This document shows, piece by piece, positions 54,201 to 64,000 of a stretch of DNA of 64,000 bases (its first letter is position 1; each line of letters starts with the position of its first letter). Below the pieces are notes generated by a model. That model did no database searches, was not told where the DNA came from, and was given only the letters and a program-made list of their open reading frames with translations. The DNA lies in assembly GCA_030141605.1 (NCBI GenBank), contig JAQGDQ010000493.1:1-64000 (forward strand), written 5' to 3'. The translations under genes and the position numbers were made by a program. The stretch is from Tubiluchus corallicola (taxonomy: Eukaryota; Animalia; Priapulida).

Positions 54201-57200
54201 AGTTTTGCTTACTAGTTAAGTCAGTAATTTCCTTCATTTTTTTCGTAAAAAGAAAATATAAGATGCATAATTACTTGTTGTTTTATAAACGGTTAAAATG
54301 AAACAGTGTCTCTCAAGCTTATATCTATCAGCAAAAAAGTGTAGTTGCTGTGCATGTATTGTGACACTGTTAGAATGAATGAGTGCAGCAAATTCTCTCT
54401 TCATACTTAACAAATAAATATTTCACTCATATGACAAATTTTTAACTTTAAATACTAAAATTGTTTACGTTACATATACAGTCTAGCCTCCTTGTCTCGC
54501 CACTGTCCGTCTAGGGCAAATTTTTGGCGAGAGGCGAGTATGGCGAGATAACAGGAATATAACGAAGTTAGTCTATATGTATATACATAATAGTTGATTA
54601 ACATAGTGTTCCTCTATGTACATATAAAATATATTTCGCATTATGATACCAATCAACATTAAATCAGAAATGAAAAAATGTCATAAAAATAATCTTAGAA
54701 TGTTACTTTTTTATTTAAAAAACCTTTTTCGAGTATACACTTAAATGCAATAAACTTAGCAAAAGATTTAGAAATGTTCACAAATGAGTTACTGACGACT
54801 GAAATAATTCAGAAGAGACAACTGTTTTATTGATGATACACGCAAGCAGTCAACACGACGTTTAATCAAACACAATCCTTGAATATCGTCGCTTGTGACT
54901 CTGTCAGACTGTGGAAACTCAAACTTAAACACAGGTTTGGTGTTACAGAGTAAGGATATCGGTGACGCTTTAGTTTCTCTGCGCATTAACCAACCACAGC
55001 ACTCCTAATCTAATCCTGGTGAGACACACACTAGATTAATTATGTCTGTCTATCGAGTACAGCAGCATTGTCTACATACCGCGGTTATATTGATCGACAC
55101 GCGGTATATGTATTGATCGATTCACCTCTGAGTTTGTCTGTTTGGCGACATAACGAATATAGTTTACATAAGCACTCATCCTAGCATGACGTGGCGAGGG
55201 CGAGAAGCGAGGGTGGCGACTTAACGAGGTAAATAACAAAGCAGGAAATCCGTCCTGGTACTTTCTATGGCGAGAGACGAGTTTAGCAGCATAACGAGGG
55301 GCAAGATAACGAGACTAGACTGTATACGTTTTCTAAAAAATACCAACACTTACGCAAAATTTCAATATTTGTTTTTCACATAACACTGCATTTTTCTAGA
55401 TAGGGTAATATCGTTAAGTATAACATTTATCTGCATAATTTCACTCTTACGTAGAAACTTGAATTTCTTTTCAGTCGTGCGGATTTGACTGTGTTGTATT
55501 CTCGCCGAATCGGATATGGTTAGCTTTGGATCCTACCTCAGGTATGACCTTTTCAATGTTTGCTTAATTTTTTGTATTTAATAATTATGAAATGTATGTT
55601 AGACGCATTTCACCAAAAAGAGTCGTGATAAGATGGCGTCTTGCAAAATTCTAGAAGCGTTACATTTGTGGAAGATGCTATGAATGAATGGTATGGCACT
55701 TAATTTCCAAACCAGAGATTCTGGGTTCGATTCCCACATACGTCGGGATTTTTCAGGTCATAAACCAACTGACCAGATTTTTTCCCTTGCTGGGCCTACT
55801 CGGCCTTAATAGACCTACTCAAGGCTGCCTTACCCACTAGGTCTACTCAGTCTTAATAGGCCTACTTAGGACTACCTCAGCTGAGAGTCTTAACTGAAAA
55901 CCTGCTCATGTAATGGTGGAAGAAAGGCGGCCTAGTGATGGAGTGAGTTAGCTCAATGATAGCGTGTTCACTTCCCACCTGATAGGTCGGCTTAAAACCC
56001 GTATGCTTATTATGTGCTTAAAACCAAATAATTCAAAGAGTCATGTGGGTCATCCTCACAGGTTCACAGATAACCAAATTTGTTCTGTATTTTTTTAGTT
56101 AAAATGTTTCGTAGTTGTTTTTAAGGCTGCGTCAGTATACAATAACACTGGTTTTATTTTGATTAATTTTTTGAGAAAAAAGAATACATGATAAAGTTTT
56201 AATGTACCAGTAGAAAACTGCGATTATAAGTAAAAAAGCAAACAAATGATTGCAGTGTCACAGAATTTAAGCAAAAGGTTGACAAGCAAATAGCAATACA
56301 GTCAAACCTCTTTACACTGCACACTTTGGAATTCCAGAAAAAGTGGGTGTTAAACAAGTTTGGCTCTATAACTAGGTGCATTAATTCATATATCACCACG
56401 CAAATATATACATTTTGTTTTGTCAAAAATGTGGTCGTTAAGCAAGGTGGGCTTTACAAAGGGAAGTTATAATGAGGTTTGACCGTATGCAAATTTTGAG
56501 ATTGCTTAAAGTAGCTGAAACTGAAAAATGATGCTCTAAAAGCTAAAGAGAGCCACGCAACTGTTTAGTGCAAGTAAAATCAGTTTGAGATTTGAGAGTG
56601 TACTTTGCATCTTATCTTACCTCATTTATACAGCAGTTTTGCTCACTTAATCGAAATAATTCTGTTTTCAGATCAATCTAATTTCACAATTGCCAAAGAC
56701 ACGGCAATGTCGCGATGCTACCAGCACAAAAACGCTTTCCTCAAACTGTTAGGCAGCAAACATCAAACACTGCAGTCGCAGCAGATATTATCACACCCGT
56801 GCACATCGTACGTCGACGGTCAAATTGGCTTCACGTCAGATTCATCCCACGTGATGATGCCGACCATACCCGGTGAGAATCGTTTAGGTTTTAGTACAAC
56901 TGTACGCCATTCCGGCAGAGAACATTGTGCCAACACATCCCCGTTTGGCGATGGTCACATCGGTTTCACAACGGACGCCACGCGACAGCCAATTGTGTCG
57001 TCCAATACCAATAGCACTATCCAAACGGATCAGTCGCTTCACGTTCCCACAGTGATATTTCCCTGCGTCAGCCATGCGCTGAAATGGATCTTGCAAGATC
57101 GAGATGACAGCATACCGGATGCGACCACTCCAATGCCGGAGTTACCCTCTAAACTGAAGAATTCCAGACACGTACAGTTACTGGTAACTGGAAGCTTACA

Positions 57201-57252
57201 CCTCGTGGGCAATGTCTTGAGCATCATTGATCCTGATCTTAGTGGTACGTAA
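27253..57252 (+). CDS. FPGS: Folylpolyglutamate synthase, mitochondrial/cytosolic (13 exons, about 647 aa from the first ATG)
   Basis: Phase-consistent exons: 27253-27336, 29823-29954, 32322-32440, 43002-43116, 43419-43564, 44418-44598, 44941-45082, 46670-46819, 52319-52416, 52858-52910, 53989-54064, 55475-55541, 56672-57252. Motifs: ALNALQTN, P-loop [42 protein letters not shown]...[20 protein letters not shown] and [10 protein letters not shown]. Confidence 0.95.
27558..28304. mobile_element. Non-autonomous DNA transposon, Merlin- or MULE-like (GG termini, 8-bp TSD)
   Basis: Perfect ~33-bp TIR GGCGCTATTACACTTTCGCACCGCCTAGCTTTT; exact TSD CATCTTTC at 27550-57 and 28305-12. Confidence 0.85.
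30490..30795. mobile_element. Degraded hAT-type MITE with GGAGTC repeats
   Basis: Multiple ggagtcgg units in a ~300 bp block. Confidence 0.5.
34215..34430 (+). mobile_element. tRNA-derived SINE with (ATT)n tail
   Basis: A-box-like TGGCTTAGTTTAGTGG, B-box-like GAGTTCAACTTCC, ATT tail; second copy at 17390-17640 (-). Confidence 0.6.
35148..35525. mobile_element. Pair of inverted Penelope pLTR fragments, each with a decayed hammerhead motif
   Basis: About 35148-35300 is the reverse complement of about 1180-1345, and 35420-35515 is a forward copy of about 1197-1290. Confidence 0.75.
35594..36698 (+). mobile_element. Internally deleted hAT (Tip100-like) transposon
   Basis: TIRs CAGTGGCGTCGTGC / GCACGACGCCCCTG; exact 8-bp TSD CTGGGCTA; hAT dimerisation-domain remnant [34 protein letters not shown] (35954-36199). 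Confidence 0.92.
38164..39089 (-). mobile_element. Internally deleted hAT transposon nested in the Sola3-like element
   Basis: TIRs CAGGGTGCATAAGATTAT / ATAATCTTATGCAGCCTG; TSD CCTAAATG/CCTAAATC (7/8 match); TTTTATGGAT subterminal repeats; transposase C-terminus [19 protein letters not shown]...FSLEGILH (38441 to about 38840). Confidence 0.85.
41012..41840. repeat. Compound (AG/AC) microsatellite, ~830 bp
   Basis: Continuous AGAGAGAC/ACAGAG units. Confidence 0.97.
48301..49233 (-). CDS. Class A (rhodopsin-like) GPCR, 310 aa, intronless, nested antisense in FPGS intron 8
   Basis: Seven hydrophobic segments with SN(TM1), NLAVTD(TM2), DRF(TM3), W(TM4), CWSPF(TM6), NSFMNPLIY(TM7) and helix 8 (NRELRASF); N-terminal NGS sequon; uninterrupted ORF. 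Confidence 0.93.
   Translation of the reverse strand: MEFHNGSQSVVQRSFFFDSLLTTICYHILSVIVEISNLIVIIAIVKYRHTEEYKNWYICNLAVTDMLTGVLLHVITYASSDESRPLYSYKCLILMYFALVFAFESAVMLTTVTIDRFFIIKYPLRYEQIWKSWMVLLIIFGSWICSFGISILLYHENRPAVYCTFSHVASLEVIIFMLTIFYITAVVLLFINVNIMCIARRHMRQIESEIDARRSYKRNLKSAKLITLVVGTFFVCWSPFLVVSVIMVLEESEDIIPNSVLSVCYILLNSNSFMNPLIYAWKNRELRASFKKVLYWDTLTAFFSRNFQEG
49961..50041 (-). pseudogene. tRNA-Ser(TGA)-like pseudogene or SINE head
   Basis: The minus strand folds into acceptor GGGTTGA/TCGGCTC, a D arm, anticodon arm TGTGG-CTTGAAA-TCACA and a variable hairpin GAAA/TTTC, with B-box GGTTCAATTCC and a downstream T-run. The T-stem is mispaired. Confidence 0.45.
50880..52010 (+). mobile_element. 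CR1/L2-group LINE 3' end
   Basis: ORF2 tail ...[11 protein letters not shown]...KLKKTLL*, then a 3' UTR hairpin GGATGGCTGAC...TCGCTATCC and a simple-repeat tail. Related 3' ends lie at about 5675-5800 and 29358-29530. Confidence 0.65.
53495..53890 (+). mobile_element. ~400 bp MITE, same family as 19793-20184
   Basis: TIR AATAAGCCTTTTCACAGTT / AACTGTGGAAAGACTTATT; internal sequence is the reverse complement of 19793-20184. Confidence 0.8.
54479..55322. mobile_element. Tc1/mariner-pogo (Tigger-like) MITE
   Basis: TIRs CAGTCTAGCCTC / GAGACTAGACTG flanked by TA; internal TGGCGAG and ATAACGA repeats. Confidence 0.8.
55680..56030 (+). mobile_element. tRNA-derived SINE-like element
   Basis: B-box GGGTTCGATTCCC at about 55724 preceded by an A-box-like sequence; internal repeats ggcctactc/taatag. 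Confidence 0.45.
56299..56485. mobile_element. Short pogo/Tigger-like MITE
   Basis: TA-CAGTCAAACCTC ... GAGGTTTGACCG-TA. Confidence 0.7.
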
Positions 57253-59407
57253 AAGATAATAAGAAATTGCCAAGTTTTGTAAGAAATTGAGTGACATTTA
57301 ACAAACAAGGAGGAATGGAGTGAGATCATACAGAAACATTGGCTTAGATGGATTAGACATTTCGTTAGATTAACACACGGTTCTCCACTTACTACTGCAT
57401 TACATCAAGCACTAATACCTGGGAAGGAACCAAGAGGAGTATAGCTTTTCACATATCTTGATATTCTGAAGAAAGACTTAAATACTCCACTTGACTTAAG
57501 TAACATGAATATTTGGCATGTGGCAGCAGATCAGGGAACATGGCATCAAATTATGAGTGGTGCTATGTTGCATAACGGGAGTAACTATGTTGAGTGGCAT
57601 TGTAAAGTCAGTGTGCAAAATACTGTATGGTTTAGCAGTGAAAGGTGCCTAATTCCCTTATGGTGTTACTGGATCCAAAAGCTCACTTCCGGATCACAGA
57701 GTGATTCTTCTACTTAACTAACACTTTTACATGTTTTTAGTGCATGTAAACTATGATATTTCCCATTTTTGCCTTAATTTTTACTACCCATAAGCTGATG
57801 TGTGACCTGTTTTTAATTGTCCGTGATTCTTTCGCCCGAATTGGTTTTTGCAAAGTGGTATTCTGATAATACCTTGAGTTTTTGAAGGTGCTCATGCAAA
57901 GCCTTAAACATGTACCAGTAAACAAATCTTTAGAAACTGCTTGCATGAGTAAAGTATCCAGAGTTGAAATGGACCATTTCTGGGAAAAGATTGGTGGCAA
58001 GCATTCGGTGTTTTCTATAAGACATTCCGATATACGTTCACATTTTTGAGTGATTTTATTTTTACTATATATTGGATCTACAGTGCAGGTATACCGTGTT
58101 TATTTTGTGATACATTAACATATTTCAGTGCAGCTGTCGTATTTGATTAAAAAATGTATTTTAGTATGTTGTATATAATATTGTAGTATAAAAAGGAGAA
58201 GCATACTTCAAATTGTGTGATTATTTGCATCATTCATACCATCTGGCGCTTCAGAAGAGCTGTTTATTGTTTAAGCAGTGGAATCTGTTACCGAATTCGA
58301 TAAAAGTAGTGAAGCATCGTTTTATCCTTTTATCTGTTACTACAAAGATCTGGTACTACTCTGAGCATTGAACCTAGCAGTCATTGATCCAGCTGCTAAC
58401 TTGAGCTACCAGTGCTAAACTTTACGAAACGGATCCTCATAACTATAGCACACTACCGTAAAATCAGATAACCACTTTCTTTTCGAAAGCTAATCACAGG
58501 CTAGTTTCCGCCACTCCTTCATTGTTGTGCATTCTGTATTTATTACCTTTTAACTAATCATTGTTAAGTAGTTGCAATACTGCTAAATATTTATACTGAT
58601 GTATTTTATGGTGGGAAATTTAAATTTCTCAATGGGGCTGCAATTCAAAATGGAACTACCTCACTAACAGAACAGTATAAGTTTTGTTGCAGACCAACAA
58701 TACTTATTAATTTATTACTGTTAATTTGCATGAGCAGTGGTGTCTTCTAGCTTTAAACGAATTTTACCATTTCATTGAAATAAATTTACTCAAAACTTTG
58801 TATTGAAATTTATGTGTGCAAGTACACAATATCTTGTACAGAAAAATTTTTTATATAAGAAAATTAATAGCAATTATTGTAATTATTATATGATTATTCT
58901 TACATTTCATTAAATTTCCTAATCATGAACACTCACTTAGTTGTTTCGTGTTTACCGTCATTCTTGCGTTTCAGATGCAGAAACGAAAACTAGCATTACC
59001 CGATTTATGTGATTGATATTAGCGACAGACAACTTTAAAAAGGCTTTCTCCAGAACTGCTTCGTAAATGAACAATATGACAATGGTAAAAGTAAATATAA
59101 TAGTCTACATTATGCAAATTCACGATGCACGAGGACTTTACTTATAATGAATACAAATAGAAAAATTAGCATTTAATCTTCATCGTATTATCAAGCTTGA
59201 AAAGTTCTTATCTAATGAATCCATGAATTGTTCAATCTCTACACTGGTGGTTATCTCATTTTGATTATGCTAATTCATTACTTAGTGGGCTACCTGACTG
59301 CATCATCCAACATAGCGCCTTCAGAATTTAGCATCAAAGGTTGCTATTGGTGCAGGAAAGTACAACAATGCTACTGCTTCAATGTTCAATACCTTGATTC
59401 AATGTTT

Positions 59408-59490
59408 ATGTGCGTGTGTGTGTGTGTGCGTGCGTGCGTGCGGACGCGTGTGTGCGTGTTTGTGTGCACGCGCGCGTGTGTGCATGTGTG
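59408..59490. repeat. (GT/GC)n microsatellite
   Basis: Directly visible tgtg/gcgt run. Confidence 0.9.
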
Positions 59491-59689
59491 AACCAAAGCC
59501 ATATGGGTGTTGGTAATGCATTACATGGGTCTACTATGCTATTCCTAAAAATAAAAAAAAAACACTCTTTGTGCTTTACTGGATTTGCTACTGGTTAGCT
59601 TGAAACTTTGGTCCGTTGTGGTAGGTCGCTGAACATCTCCAGTCCAATTGGAAATATGCTTGCTTGCCTGCTTGAATATATTTCCTATA

Positions 59690-60115
59690 TTTATGATTAA
59701 ATTTGCTTTTCTAAACGTCACATTTAAAATTTAATTACAGTTTTTTTTGTTGCTTTTCATTTATTAGCTGCATTTATAAATTGACTGCATTGCTTGCTTT
59801 TTCTGTTTATTTGTCGCATTATGATAACTGATTGCTTTTGTTCATTTACTAAATTTAAGAATTACTGCACAAGTTTTTTTCCTTTTGTTTATTTGTTGCA
59901 TTCATGATTTAACTGCATTTTCGTTCATACGCTGCGTTTATGATTTAACCGCATTGCTTGCTTTTTTGTTGTTGTATTCATGACTTAACTACATCTTGTT
60001 TAGTTGTTGCTTTTAATATTTAACTACATTATTTGCTTGCTTTTTTTCCATTGGTATAATCATAATATAACTGCATTGGATTTTGTTTATTTGCTACAAT
60101 TAAGATCTAACTACA
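59690..60115. repeat. Degenerate ~40-bp tandem repeat
   Basis: Recurring tttatttgttgcattyatgatttaactgcattgcttgcttt units. Confidence 0.65.
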
Positions 60116-60518
60116 TATTATTCACTTTAACCATGTAGTCTGCCGTGCTTTATACTATTCCTAAATTATATAGGGATATATCTCTACACTACTACACACC
60201 CCATCTCTACACACTACATAATTCGTTGTATTGGTGCTATAAATATTATATTAGGGATAAATAAACCTTTTGAATTGAATTGAATTTTACATCACTGGTT
60301 AGCGATTAGAATTAGCTGTATACATAAACTGTTTGTTTTCACATACAAAGCTTTACCTTGACTCTCCTGTCTACTTGTCTGATACACGGGATCTTCCCAT
60401 AATGAACTCTTGCTACCTTTTAACAGAAAAAAGGCTTAGAGACCTTGGATTTTCTTCTATTGCGCGTGTTGGAATTCCTTGCCTCAAAACATCAGAACTG
60501 TTTCTACCGTGCAATTAA

Positions 60519-61510
60519 CGTCTAACATTCAATCATTTTCGCTGACTGCCCCAATCAACATGCAAGTTATTTCGCGCACCTGCAGAGCTTAATTAACGTT
60601 ACGTACGTTCGGGAGATTTAGCTACAGCTCCGTCTAATGCTGTTATGAAAAATGCTCAACTTTTCATTAGTTAACGGGAGAAATATTGGCCTTGTTCTAG
60701 ATTTTATTATTGTCAATTGAAATTGCAAGTGAATTAGTGGAAATACGTAGTCTAGCTTCGTTTATAGGAAGAAATACACAACGCTTACGTCAACGCGTTC
60801 CTGATTAAACCATTTTGCAATCAAGAAAATACGCAGTTTAGTTTAGTTTATGGCTTTGCAAGTTAGATAAAACAACTATTTGATTAACTTTTAACAAAAT
60901 GTTTTACTTTCTGGCCAGTTTTTATAAACCCCATCTTCACGGTCAAAATGAATTCAATTGTGGTCAAAACTTATATTATACATTAATGTAATACGAGCAA
61001 ATTCTAGGCTATTTTTCTGGTTATGATCGTGATTAAGATGCCATTGGGACTTATGTGACTCGGGCATTCAATATGAGGGTTGTCTATAGAATGGAACAGT
61101 CAAATTTATTCCATTTCCGTAGCCTGACAAACGGAAAAATACAAAAAAGAATAAATCTTGCAGACGAGCACATGATCAGTTAATACAGAAAAATACACCG
61201 CAGGTTTGATGTTCGTCTGTTTAACGGCAAGAGAGACTTAATATTTTTGTTGCTAATTTATTGTAAAGCAAAGCTAACTGGCCTAGTTTCTTTATTATGC
61301 TTATGTCTCTGTATTTTGTAGTGCTTTGAAACTTCGTCTCTACATTCTGTTTAAATTGGAAGTCATTTTTGGCTACTTAAAGAGTAATTTCGTGTAAAAA
61401 TACCTGCTGCTCTGCGAATTTGTGTTTATGGAAAAGCGCAATCAGTTTGTCTGTTCAATAGATATTAGTTGTGACTGTCATGTAGGTAGTCGTTCTGCGA
61501 GCTGTTGTCC
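60519..61510 (+). repeat. ~1 kb non-coding interspersed repeat, copy 2
   Basis: Colinear with 1812-2833. Confidence 0.9.
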
Positions 61511-64000
61511 AATTTCTTTCCAATAGGTTTATTAGTCTTATATTTGTAACTAGGACGTGTTACTGTACAGCATGATTGAAAGCACTTTGCTTAAAAGCGT
61601 GCTTTATAAAATATATTTTATCATTATTACTATTTATTAAGTCAATCAGTGAATACACATTTTACGAGCTCTATCTACCGTTCAACTCGCACAGCAAAAA
61701 ATCAAGATTAAATATTTCTCACATAAAAAATCACATTTATTCACTTGACAACAGAAAATTTTACATAGCTATTGTGTGTGTGACACACAAAAATGATTAC
61801 TAACTAATCTTTACCAAAACTAGAAGTTAAGCAGCCTTAATTTCGTAGCTAACAATTTTTCATCATTATATGTTTGGTCTTATTATATTTCTAAAAGATA
61901 AATTAAAAATGTGTAAAAAATGTGATCGATGCACTATCAACATTCAATATTTCAATAGGAAAAAATATTGGTTTTTCGTAATGTTTCGACATGTCACCCA
62001 TTTTACAAATGACAACAAAATAAGCAACAGTTCGATTAAAAAATTTTGATTTCACTTAAGACTAGCTTCAAAAAATAAAGATAACGATAAGTAAATAATA
62101 CTGTAAAAGCGTGATGTAAATAGAAATTTTCAACTTCTAATCAGGATCATCAAAAGTTCATTAGTACAACAGTTTACTGGTACGTAAGGACTACATAACT
62201 GCTAGGTGGTTAAAAGTCAATTGCTTATGTCGCAAAAGGTTAAAGGGGAAAACTCAGCAGGTTGCATAACTGAGGACACAAATCATTACAAGCGGGACAT
62301 TTCAAAATACAATTACAGTTTGAAGGTTTGCGCAAATCATGCAATTATAATTTGCTGTACAAGTTTTGTGTGACATATACCGGAAATGGCACCCATTTTG
62401 TTAGACGTACAGACTTGTGTCACAATCCCACGTGACACTATGATGACATCAAACTTAACGTCACATTAACAGTATGAATAATGCCTGGCGCTGGCTTTAT
62501 AATGAAAAAATGTATGGACTTATGATAACTAAAATTCTGTTAACTACTAGATACCCATAAATAAGTGCTTTAGCTATGTGTACATCAAATTACAATTATG
62601 TAAGTATGTAAAAATGCATAGGCTTTTGACAACCACAAACATATTTAAAAGCGTATATATGAAAACTGGGCTGCAATGAACATAATTTAAGGACTAATAA
62701 ATATGCAAGACATTTACTAATTAACATTCAAATAGGCCTAAAGATAGGTCATAACGCTACTTTTAAAATAATGATTATTTGCATGGTTATGGCAATTCTT
62801 TGATTACAAAAATATTCTGAAATAACGAAACATTATAAAATCATAGACACATCAAAATAGCTTTACACGAATTTCATAATGTAATAAAATAGCCATTATA
62901 CATATACAAATGTATACTCTGAGTCTCCTTAAAAACAAACTGTTTAACAGTCGTAGTCAATTGAAATACCTATAGAGTTAAAAGAATGAGTTAAAACTTT
63001 TTGTTCGCATGCTCTGAAGCAGTAACCACGTTGAAAATTAATGAAATTTAATTCATAAAATCAAAGACACCTCATTTAGATGCAAAAAGGAATGCAAACG
63101 AAGAATATCACTTCCCTCATTAGAAAGTAGTTTGCATTTAATGGGTTTTGTTAAAATAAGTTTTTAAAGTAATTTTATTTGCTGATAAATGTTGTGGTTT
63201 ACAATAAAAATGACAAAGAGACACATATATAGTTCATTTTAGGCTGATTTTAAAAAAAAATCAATAAAATTTGATATCACTGGTGCATAAAAACCTTGTG
63301 CCATTATGACAGATGGCTTACAATATAACACAGTTGTAAAAAAACATTACTGCACCTCAGTCAAAGCTCAGCATCCAAAAACTTCAGACACATTCGACAA
63401 ATTATTATTACACACTGTTACTAAGGTAAAGTAAAAATTCTGCAATGAAATAAAATTTTAAGGATTTTTTTGTCCTTTAGAAGTTTCATATTTATAATCG
63501 GAGAATGGCAGTAAGACTGTGGTGTAAGTTAACTTGTGTTCTTTAAAATGCCAAAAGACTGTTGCCTTAGCACATTCTCTAAAATATGCAATTAAATATT
63601 CCTTAAAACTTCGATCACAGGAACACGTTCTGTGTATGGAATGTCTCACAAATATAAATATGATAAGATGTCGATCATGATGAAAGAGGTCCATATCCAC
63701 GGTCCATCAGTAAACTAATAATTGTTATCAGCTTCCATTTTTTTTATTAGGTGTTGAAATTAGGTTAGTGATACGGATTGATTATAACTAGAAATGATAA
63801 AAGTACTGTAAGTGACAAGTTAACTGAAAAAAAACCCAGAAAACTGCTATTTTTCAGCTAGCACAACCAGACCTGCCAACTCTCGCACATTGGGACATAA
63901 GCGTGTGGCACATTTAAGTGGTTCACACATCAAATTTCGATTCCCACATACTTCACAACTTCACAGGCAAGTTTGCAAATCACCAGGTTTCCTCTGCCGT

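Noticed and set aside
60300-60510. Possible second GIY-YIG/Penelope fragment on the minus strand (KIPC-like)
   Set aside because: Too short and degenerate to support by eye.
63868-64000. Possible C2H2 zinc-finger or terminal coding exon on the minus strand
   Set aside because: All three minus frames stop early, and CAGACCTGCCAAC at about 63868 looks like the TIR of a hAT MITE.

Overview
AT-rich animal (probably invertebrate) genomic DNA with spliceosomal GT-AG introns; there are no prokaryotic features. I reconstructed four host genes by hand from splice sites and reading phase. (1) The 3' part of a TACC-family centrosome/spindle gene (+, 15 exons in view, 3155-18214). (2) SAMM50 (-, 22182-23549), with an intronless CDS and a 5'-UTR intron, convergent with TACC. 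(3) FPGS, folylpolyglutamate synthase (+, 13 exons, 27253-57252, about 647 aa), divergent from SAMM50, with two in-frame ATGs (mitochondrial and cytosolic forms). (4) An intact single-exon class A GPCR (-, 48301-49233) nested antisense in FPGS intron 8. Introns and intergenic DNA carry many transposon relics: Penelope-like elements with inverted pseudo-LTRs and minimal hammerhead ribozyme motifs, several hAT elements with 8-bp TSDs, a Sola3-like element with a hAT and a large microsatellite nested inside it, Merlin-like, pogo-like and Harbinger-like MITEs, CR1/L2 LINE pieces and tRNA-derived SINEs. The leads most worth following are a triple (I/L)GF repeat inserted in the FPGS C-terminus, FFAT and LIR/NPF-like motifs in TACC, the nested orphan GPCR, the intronless SAMM50, the U3-A8 hammerhead family and a hAT fragment of a type I associate with non-animal genomes. 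No clearly new multi-gene system can be proven from sequence alone.
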